A stretch of 64,000 nucleotides of DNA from Auanema rhodensis. Taxonomy: Eukaryota; Animalia; Nematoda. Every line of letters starts with the position of its first letter. Positions within the stretch are counted from its first letter, which is position 1. Of the stretch, positions 48,301 to 59,235 are shown piece after piece. The notes beneath the pieces were generated by a model. The model saw nothing but the letters and a program-made list of their open reading frames with translations, did not search any database and was not told where the DNA came from. The stretch lies in contig OZ059899.1 of the NCBI GenBank assembly GCA_964057225.1, forward strand, positions 12,152,001 to 12,216,000. Direction: 5' to 3'. The position numbers and the translations under genes were made by a program.

Positions 48301-51300
48301 CTGGGCTTCTAATTCAATTGTAGGGATTTGCATTGAAAGTGACACCTCTTGAAGCACAGCGAATAGTCATCCAGAAGAATCAGAAGAAACAACTCAACGA
48401 AGTTTTTTTTGTGAAAAACAAAGAAGTAAGAGAACAAGTATATAGAACAAAGAAAATTAAGAGGGAGAGAGAGGGAGAGACAGAGAGAGAATGTTCAAAA
48501 ACTAAAACGACGACTAACCTCATATAGTCGTCTCGGCAGAATGTTCGTCGATCTCGTACAAAAGTTGTACATGATTCATCTAAGTTACGTTGGCATTCAT
48601 AACACTGAAAATAGAAAAAATTAAATAATTTGGATAATATTTCAATGAAATTAATTTTGAGAATAAGCTGTTTGAGTAATTATCTTTGAATTATCTTCAT
48701 ATTCTACTTCATGATCATCATTTGTCATCATGTACTTGTTCATGACCCTTAACCTCATCATTATCCTCATCGTTCCCTGCTACTACAAACCAACCCCCTC
48801 TTCCTGCTCTTCTTACCCTTATAACCATCACATCATACATCCCTTATCCTTCTATATCGTCGTCTCAAACATATTAAGACGAATGGTGGAAAGAGTAAAG
48901 GAGGTGAGAGAGAAAGAGAGAGAAAGAGGAAGAGAGAGAGAGGTCAGTTAGTCCCTGTACTAACTTGCTCACTTTCTCAGTTCCTTATATCAACAATTGA
49001 GCCAGACATATACACAGATACCTTCTTGTACATTCACGTCTTTCACGTTTTGTTCGTCCACCATTCATGGCTAATACTATATTGAAGACTTAGAGCAGTA
49101 GATAGAAGAGAGAAGTAAAGGCAAAATCAGAGAAGTATGAGAGTTTGTGTAGCAGAGAGAATAAGAAATTAGATGAATCGAGGAGAAGAGGGAGAGAAGG
49201 GAAGTCAACGAATACAGAAGGAAAACGAGACAACTACAACGACGGACAGACTACGATGATGTTGATGATGATGATGATGATGAAGAGAGTCGTGGTATGG
49301 TGATGGAAGTAGCGGCACATACATACACACATAGACGACGTCAAAGGTGTCGGATTTCACGACCATCACGTCGGAAGATAGACGCACGTAGGATTCTGCT
49401 GTTGGCGCTTGTTCTCTCTATTGTATACACCTTGTCTGGCATCATTGTATACGTGTAATACTTGAGATTCGTGACAGCTTGATACTAATATGCTCGAAGA
49501 AATCATCATAATCATCGTTTCGAGGAAAATTCCTGAGGGCATGTAGATCAGATAGAATCTCCGAATCCCGATAACCTCATGTAATCTTCTTCTAATCCAT
49601 ACGCAATTTGAAAAAGAAGTTTAGATTAGAAGTTCATTCAAAGTATTTTATGACTTGTAAAGGTTTTATAGAACAAAACCGTTCAGAGCCACTGTTGTAT
49701 GCCTGACAGCATCAGATGTACCTAACTACGAGTGAACCAAAAGGGGAAGAGAGAGAAGGTGTGTGTAGTTATATATTGATAGAGAGGTGTGTCTAGAGCC
49801 CTTAGTCAAGTAAATGTATTCATTTAGCCCGTTTAGCACATACACACATGGTTATAAGCCACACACATATATGAAACAGGTGTGACATAAAGAAAATAGC
49901 GTACATATTGAAGAGAGTTTAGAGAATTAGAATCGCGAAACATAAGCTGAATATTCAATGTCCAGTTTGGACTTCTTCTCTATCTAGCACTCTCTCTCTC
50001 TTTTTCTCTCTCTTTCTCTTTATTTCCGTCTTCCCTGCCCAGTAATACAGACTAGTAAAGCACGCAACGACGGTGGACTAGATAGGAAACAGGGAGACAG
50101 ATGTGCTGTGAATGATTGAAATTCATCCCGGTATTCGTGCGTATAGAAACAACACCAAAATCTCAAATTAACCGGAAAACCGGAGTTAACTACAAGCTTA
50201 ATTAGGTTCTGTCTGGAATTATTATAAACGAGGAAAATAGAGTATAGATGTATATAGCTTATTGATATATGTAGGGATGTATGTATACTATAAAGGAAAG
50301 TTCTGTAAAACGTCTATTTCTTCTTCAAAATTTTAAAATTTATTCGATTAAAAAGGTAAAAAAGATAATCTTTTATTCTATTTTATTATTTATAAAGTTA
50401 TAAACATTCTATGAACGTACCTTGAGACATGAAGCGTGAAATTCCATATCGGGATTAACTCGTAGAATGAATTGGTCGGCTATTTCTGCAACAAAAATTG
50501 ATTGTATTTTAAGGAAAGTAAAAGAAAGGAACTTTTTTTTGTAAAAAAACTCAAAAAAACTAGGTTGGCTCCATAGTTCAGAGACAAGAGATACAAGGGA
50601 GAAAGAGGAAGATGATGAGTTGATGAGCAACAACATCATCAAGGTAATAACGCTCGAACAAAACTTCAAACTTATCATCTTTTTGTCTTTGAACAAAAAA
50701 ATTTTTTATTTGTTTTGGTATGGAAAATAAATATTTTTTTTCATGTCAAGACCGATTAATTGAAAAAAAAAATAAGAAAAAGAAAAGAGAAACAAACCTA
50801 AATTACATAAAGCACATATGGACATCCGTGGTTCTGAAATAAAATAAATTTATATTTATAAAAATATATTTATTGATTTTTTTTTCTAAGATTACATATC
50901 TTCTAATAAATATCTTTTTTTTTCTTTTGATTCAATACATCAGGATTTTGTTTTTGTTTGATAAGATTTTGGGAGAAAGAAAGAGAAGATGAAAATATAA
51001 TGAAAAAACCCAATTTCATAAAAATTTCAGCTTTTAAACTTGATATATAGCTTGATTATCTGTTAAGAATCATAGTAGAAGCATTATTTACTTAAATGAG
51101 TTATAGTAATATGAAAGGAATTAAAGATAATGAATGAAAACGTCAAGAATTTTACTTTTTCTTTCCCGAATATTCTTATATTTCATCTAGTTTTCACAAG
51201 AAAAAGATAAAACTTGAAAGCATGTTGATTAGATAGTTCTGTTTCCTATTAAGGCTTAAGTTAGCTTACAGCTTACTTACTTTGTCTCTGTTTAAAATAG

Positions 51301-52431
51301 AAAATTTTATTTAATACCTTGAAAGGATATTTTCGATTTTAGACTCTGTTACTCCCCTGAGGGAACTATAAAATTCCGGCTGTAAAACAAACGAAATGAC
51401 ACGAGATAGAGGTACCGAATTGAGTCAAATCAGATTGGAAAAGCTCAAAAAGCTAGTTATTCGAATGAAAATGAAAGAAAAAAGATACAAGTAGTGTATT
51501 AGAAACCATTTCTCTATCTAATATTTTGTCTTTTACTCTTCAAAATTACCTGGAGATGAAGAGAAATATGAAACTCCTTCCCATCCCCCCCCCCCCAGTC
51601 CTACCTCCCTACGCTGGAAACCTTCAAATTCTCTTCTTTTCTTCCAGCCTTTTCCTCCTTTTCAATCCTACATCCTCTTTTCCATCTTAGTATATCTATG
51701 AGAGATTTTGGATTGAAGAAATCTTTTTCAAAATTTGAGAGATCAGTTCAGAAAGAACATCGACGATCATCAGAACATTCATATGAATAATGAAATTTGA
51801 GATGTTTGTTTCGATCCCTATAGGGTAAGAGGAAGAGGAAGAGTTGAGGTTGAGGTGGGAAGGTAAGTCAGAAAACATACGATAAAGCTCCTAACTAAGT
51901 CTCAAATGATTCATCTCGACCATCATGTCCTAATAGTCCCTTTCTCTCTCTCCCTCTGTCTCTCTTTCCCTCTACTTATAGGTTTTGACTTCTTATTGAG
52001 GCTGGCTGAGTGACAACTTAACTATGGCTTTCGTGAACTGCCCCAACGAACCCTAGATGACTTTTAGCTCTATCTCGTTTCTTAGCTTTTCTCTCTTTTT
52101 TCTTTCCTCTCCTCATCTTTCTCTCTAAGTCTCTATCTTGCTTTCCCTCTTCATCATCCTCCCTCTATCTTCGTTGTGTTCATGTAGATCCTTTTATGGC
52201 AACCGGCTAAGGAGTGGGTGCCAAAAATGATGATTAACTGGACTCGTCGTACCCTAATGACCATATATGTTAGCTGACGACGTCGTCCACAACTGCGACG
52301 AAACAGGCAGTGGCGAGAATGCAATGCAACGAAGATGAGAGGAAATGAAGACAGAAGTAGGAGGTAGAACAAGAACATCATGTATGTGTACTAGCTAAAG
52401 AAATATAAAAAATAAGAAAAAGAATAAGGAA

Positions 52432-52479
<48 letters not shown>

Positions 52480-53754
52480 GTGTAGCTTGATGTTGGGACA
52501 GCTGGTTGTTACTGGCTGGTGGTCCCTTAACCGCTTCGGCGCCATCTTGTTCGATGTTTAGCCATCAATGTGCAAAAGGTTTTGAAAGAATGTTTGAATG
52601 TTTAAATGAAAAATAAATTTTGTCCTCTAAATTCAGTGGAGAAAAGATTTTTCTGTGTGTGTATGTGTATCTTTCACAACAAATTCTAAGCATCACAGTT
52701 CAAAATTTCTCAAACAGGGACGCACAATGACGACAAACGACGTCGAGAAGGTGGAAGACGACGATGACGACGATCATGACAACGAAGACTATCAGAATTT
52801 GCATCATCATTCGAGTTATCTGATGCTCATATGAAAATGATAGAAATTGACCGAAAAAGAATATCAGAATACTCTCTAACACTATGAACACGCGATATTC
52901 AGAAGAAAGCTAAATTATAATAAATTCATGACTTCCTAATCTGGCCCCTTGAGCACAAGTTATCATGAAAAAGTTGAAAAGACAATTTCACAATGAGCAA
53001 GTTTAGATGAATTAACTTTCAGAAAAAAGAAAAAATAAGAAAACGAAAATGAAGATGAAGAAAAGGATAAAAAGCGGATAAAGAGCCAATTCTTGGAATA
53101 TTTCACCAATCATCAGGTGAATACAGTTGAGAAACGTAGAAGCAAGTTGTTTATATGTCTATGCTTAATGAGAATTGATATCATAGTTGGGGAAAAGATG
53201 CTCGTATAGAGTTGGGAAACAGGTAAAATCGATGAAAAGATCGAGAAAACAAAAAAAAGTGGAGAACGACGAGGCAGAAGATATGGAACAAGCTAGGGGC
53301 ATATGGGATAGACAGGGGCGGATTTGCCTGCCTTGCGGCGGATATCCGATGATAATCCACAGCCTAGACAAGAAGACAACATCACTCAACTGTGATTAGT
53401 TGTGATTAGGATGATAGGAGAGGAATGGTACTGAAGGACGAAAAAGACAAGAACCAAACGAATAAAGTTTGAAAATGCTTAATACTTACTTTGAATATGC
53501 ATCAGATCATCGGAACCCAAACTGATTATCGTGGATGCTGGGGTAGTTGTCGTGCCGGCAGGGCTGGCTTCAGAATCTGCTAGACAGCCGACTGATGTTA
53601 ATTCGGTTGCTGTTGGCGTACTCCAATAATCATGGACGATACCAATGGGCATAGAGCCAGAAGCAGAGCTGGCTCCAGAAGAGACCTCGGATGACGAAGG
53701 AACAACTTCTGATGGACCAGGTGGCAAATCAAAGCGCTCAAAGCCACCGCGCAT
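39379..53754 (-). CDS. lim-7: Islet-class LIM-homeodomain transcription factor
   Basis: Exons 53754-53490, 50833-50798, 50485-50421 and 48604-48519 give LIM1 ([42 protein letters not shown]). The ~46047-45741 region gives LIM2. The homeodomain is [13 protein letters not shown]...[35 protein letters not shown] (~45243-44981). The 3' exons are ~39927-39733 and ~39513-39379 (...SSPSCSE*). Confidence 0.93.
52432..52478. repeat. (GAT)n trinucleotide microsatellite in lim-7 intron 1
   Basis: About 15 consecutive gat units. Confidence 0.9.
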
Positions 53755-55139
53755 ACAAACTATATTGGCAGCCAGGATTGAAGATTTTGTTGAAGAAGTT
53801 GACAGTATAATCGATATATCCACCAAAGGGATTCAATGAAGTAAAAAAAGTAAACGAATAATCGTAGATTATAAATAAATAGTTATCTTTTAAAATGAAT
53901 AGTTAGTTGGAATGATGAGATCTTAATATATAAGATACAGTAAGATCTTGTGCCAATTTGGGAAAAAAGTTGTTCTCAAATATGTTGACACGTTTTTTGA
54001 ATATTTCTATCAATTTGAATATCCAAATAGCCTTATATCAATAGAAAATTATCTTTTTTTCTCGCTTTGCACGATCAAAAAGGGCTTGAGAGGGGAGGAG
54101 GCACGCGAGACAGAAGCACTGGTGCTGACGTTAAAGGAGGCGGAGCCTGGACAGGGCACACTGCCAGCACCGGTAGGCGGGGGTTTGTCCACCCCGCCTA
54201 CTTGGAAGGAAGAGAGGGGTTCGCGAAACGAACATTGAGGGATCTGTCGTCTGTCTCTTACTATAAGGTTTTTGAGTTCTTTGCCTAGTTTTTAAAAAGA
54301 AAATAATGATAATATATGAAAGAAAAAACTGAAAAAAGATATTTTTGTATTGAGAATGTTGGTAACTTTAAGAGTTGAGAAAGGAGAATGAATAAGGCTT
54401 TATGGTGTTAGAAAGTCATAAGCTATAAGCTTGTAGATGTATGATTTTCTTAAATTCTTGGAAATAAAATGAGCAAATGCCAAGAAGTTTAAAAACAAAA
54501 AGAATCTAAAAAAATAAGTTGAAGTATAATGATGTCTGATACTAATCTTCAAATTTCTGCTTTTGATGAGGATTATTTACCGTTTTTTCTCTTTTTTTTT
54601 CTAATTTATAATAAAAACTGAATGTCACAGCATAGTTTCATAAAGATTTGGGCAGATTATGAGGATGTTGCTTCTGCTGATTCGAATGTAGTTGCTGATG
54701 GTTGATGCTGTTGTGGGTGATGAGCCGATGCTGTTGTCGTAGATGATGATGAATCAAATATTTAAAAATTTCTTGTAGAAATTCATTATCAATATGCTTT
54801 TTAATTATTTTCTGTTAATTTGATGACGTAATGTTCTGCAATCTAATGATTTAACCGCTTGTTCTATCCTGAAATCTTGATTCGATTCGATTTGTCATAG
54901 AATTTAAGCTTAACGATATTTTTTCGATAAAAATGACCTTTTTGCAAAAAAAAAATTGTTTATCTCCTGATTACTCTCTTAAATATGATATCATATAGTA
55001 TATGGCATAATAGCATAATAAGAAAGTTGAAATCTCAAACTTTGCCAATTCATCTAAAAATATTTGAAAAGCTAATGAGGCAAGAGAAGTCCATTGGAGT
55101 CAATTAGGAATGTATTGATTTTTACTGTTTTCCAAAGAA

Positions 55140-55183
<44 letters not shown>

Positions 55184-58172
55184 TAGAAGGAGAGGGAAGA
55201 GTTGGACAGAAAGAGAGAAAATGAAGTCAACAAGAAGAAAAAGGTAAACGATGATTAAGGTTTTCTCTTTATTCGTCGTCATCCAGCCGAAAATCATTCT
55301 TCTTCTCTCTTTCTCTCCGAAGCTTTTCATTCTTCCTCATTTCATTCTATGATTTTAGGCCATACCCTTCATCCACAAATTCAACTCCATTAATAAATTT
55401 TCTATTTTTTCTCTCGATGTATCTCCAAAGTAAGAAAATAGAGATAAATCATAAAAAGTAAAAAAAAGAAAGAAAAAAGCAAAAAATCATAATAGCCACG
55501 TTGTTTTATAAGGAAAAGTTTTTTTTTGTATAAAAATAACAAAAAGAATAAGATTAATGTTGTAACTGCATTGAGAAGCTCAAAGAACGTAATGAGGATT
55601 ATCCTTTTTTCTTTATGTAAAAGAACTTTTAATAACTGTTTCTATAATATCAGAAGAATTTCCTTGTTACTTAGCATATCTTACTTCTGAAATTCAGATA
55701 GATGACGTTCACTATTCCACATGTATGCAACATCGTCAACTGCACTGCCTTCGACTACCGTAATCTATTGCGAATATTTTGGTTTAAGAGATTGATCTCA
55801 CCGAATGATCAGAGGGACCAGCCAATGAATGATTTGTAATCTCATGAGAACGAATTCAAAGCAAAACTTTGAATTTCAGATGTTTTTACCTTTTTTTTCT
55901 TTTTTTTTATTGGCAATTATGAGGAAGATGATGATGTAACTGTCAACCGTTTATAGTCTCATGTTTCTTCATTTCTCAATCTCATTCCTTATTTACTAAA
56001 TTAGAGCATTAATCGGGAAAATGACAGCTGGTTGGTTATGTTTGGATGTGCCTAAGCTCGTGCTTCTTCTCTTGTTTGGATACATCGGAAAGCAGAGCTG
56101 TAGCTCCTGAAATCTTGTCTCTTCTCATCTCTCTCTCTCTTCTCTTTTTCTCTGCTCATTCGTCGCACAGCTTCTGGAGCTCGGCAGCCAATGGCTATGC
56201 TTCAGATCGACGCCAGTCGAAGCATCATATCGAATTACAGGACCGAACCGCTTCGGGTTTTTCCTTTTCCTATCTACCACATACATACATAGACAGACAG
56301 ACAGACATACGCATGAACCTCATACTGCTAGAATCCGAAGGCATTCTCGCATGCCGTCGGGGACTCATCTTCTTTACTGATTTCTCTCTCGCATTCTTAC
56401 GTTTATTCATATACATACATTAGGTATTAACGCCTATATAGAGAGTGTATAACCATTATAGTTCATGATACTCCTCCTCCTACTTCTTCTTTTTCTTCTT
56501 CTAATTCTGCTTTTCATTTGTCAATTCAACTTCCGGTCATGTGAAATCACGCAAGGACGTAGGAAAATACGAAAAAGAAACTGATATAACCAGAGAGTCG
56601 TGCACATGATTCTGTGAGCACAAATATTCAGCTCAGATAGCAGTTCAAAGGGATATGGTAACTGAGATTCTAGGATCAGCGATCAATTCTTCTCAAACGA
56701 AATCGGGAAGTTTGACTACTATATCTGCTTCATAGCATTAAGTTGAATACGGTTCTAAATCGATGTCAGCATTACCTTCAACTCAACGTCGAGATTTGTG
56801 AATCTTTATGTTACTTCTTGATGAATAAGACAAGACCACGGCGTCAAACGTGACATCCTTTCTTCTGATTGCGGCTGACAGACTTCAATTATCCTATAAG
56901 GCCAGTCATGGCTCTTACCAATATACAGCTTGAACCGACACAGACCTTATTAGGCGAATTAAAAGAGCAGATGGACTACCAACAGTGCCCTGCGTTGACA
57001 TTCTAAATCTTTCTCCTGCACATGTGTTGTTGGTCCAATTTGATGAAAAAAAAAGATTGTTTTCGAAGCTTATTAACACAGATGAGATTTGTAATTGTCA
57101 ACTCATACAAATGTTAATAAATGATTTGGTCTCAAGTTTTAAGTTTTAAGCTCCAACACATATAGATTCTAACTATCTATGGGATATTACAATAATCCAT
57201 TATATTTATAATAAATTTGTATACAAAGACGGTTTAATTCTTAAATGATTCATTAAGCGGCATATAGAAGTCACAAGAACTCCGAGATGTTATCTTCAAG
57301 TTGTCTTCATTGTTGGTTGTTATTTTAAATTTTTTTACAAAAAAAGAACTTTTCATTTTTGGCTAATCACTTTTAATTATATGTATATACATGTATATAT
57401 TTATATATATATATATATAGTTAAACATATTTAAGTTATTTATCAAATGTAAAACAAATTAAATCTTTATGCGAATATAACTGGAAATACCAAAATGCTT
57501 CAATTATTTTATTATAATAATAGTTAATACTAAACAAAATAATATTATTTTATTATATTTGTATTAATAACTACGTCTACACCTAATTCGATGTCGTGTT
57601 CTTTTTAACTTTGGTTTTTCTTCTATGATCAATTGATAAATAAAATTGACATTTTTATCACTTAAATGTCATTTTTCACGGTGATATTGGATTGCCGTGA
57701 GACAAACGACAGATGAAGCCTCGAATTTCCCTTATTTAAATTTTGAAAATTTGATTCTTTCTTAACTGTTTGAAATCAAATGCTTAAACATTCGTTTAAT
57801 TTCCAAAATCTTTCAGATTTTCTTTCTTTTTTCTTCAAAATTTTAGATTCAGCACTGGCTTGGGTATAAGAACAATGTGAGGTGACGATATGATGAGCTT
57901 ATTGAGATATATAATATACATTATGAATTATATATAACTAACTGTTATTAGCTATTTCCAAATGAGGACTTTACCAGTTTCTTTGTTAATAATTCATTCA
58001 ATCTTCTGTCTTGACATGTATCTTCAATATATTAAAAGTTATTTCTGGGATTTTGTGTTGTATTCTAGTATAGAATACAAGAAAGTTCGAGTAATCATTT
58101 AGTTACAAACTTGTTCAATAGTTATTTTTTAAAAATATTTATATAAAAGTTCAACATAAAAACAAAAACTAA

Positions 58173-58254
58173 CGCAGCGAGCAGGGTTCGAACCTACGCG
58201 GGCAATGCCCATTAGATTTCAAGTCTAACTCCTTAACCACTCGGACATCGCTGC
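58173..58254 (-). tRNA. tRNA-Ser, anticodon TGA
   Basis: Reverse complement GCAGCGATGTCCGAGTGGTTAAGGAGTTAGACTTGAAATCTAATGGGCATTGCCCGCGTAGGTTCGAACCCTGCTCGCTGCG (82 nt). It shows an acceptor stem, D loop GG, anticodon stem TTAGA/TCTAA, long variable arm and TTCGAAC T-loop, with an oligo-T terminator downstream. Confidence 0.97.
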
Positions 58255-59235
58255 ACATTTGTCTTCATTTTTTAACATTAACAGTTGTTTAATTACAAAA
58301 CACACATGCGAAAACAATTACAAAAAAAAGGGAATATACACCTGATTTTCAGCATTATGCAACAATTCAAATTAAATTAAAATGTTTGCAGAGTCGAAAA
58401 ATTATCAAATGAAAAAATAATTGTGTTCATTTCCAAAATACAACCGTTCTTCAAAAACTACAACAAAAAATGATTGGAGAGTCACAATCGTATCACGTGA
58501 AAGTGCACGTGTGGTCAACGTCATTCTCATTTCAAAAAGTGCCTATCATGTACTTTTAAAATTCAATTATGAAAACTTTGAATAACCTTACCGTATAATA
58601 TTTTATGCAAAATTCCCTTTTAATAAAATTTTTCAGCACATGATCATTGTTATGGAAATATGTATGCTTATTGTTCAAAATGGAAAAAATTGTATTTATT
58701 TGAATCCAATGATGGCATTTTTATCAAAAAGCTTTCAAATTTTTTCTAATAGTACACCGAATCCCATAGATTTTTTTTTCATGGATAAAGAAAATTTTGT
58801 GTATATTATTATGATAATCTGTGAGCGAATAATGGATAAATTCATCGCGACTGATTGGAGAGAAAAAAATATCTGAGGGATAAAGCACAGTAAGATAGAA
58901 TCTTTAATAAAATTATTCATTTTCTCAATACCTCTTACTTTCATTTTATTTTACTATTTTGATATTTCAGTTAAAGTTTATTAGTTTCGATTTTGATAAG
59001 AGGGAAACAAGAAAATTTCAGTTGAAATTACACGTTCACCATTTTATTGGCAACGAATTTCTTAATGACAAAATGACTGCACTCTCTTTACAGCGTCATG
59101 ACCAAATATTGTAGTAAACATCTGACGCAAATTTTTATTTCAAACGATTTTTTTTCTTTAAATTCTTTAGAATAATGTATTTAAGTTGCTCTAAAGACTT
59201 CAATAATTTCAGTCTTCGAACGGTAAATAGTATTT

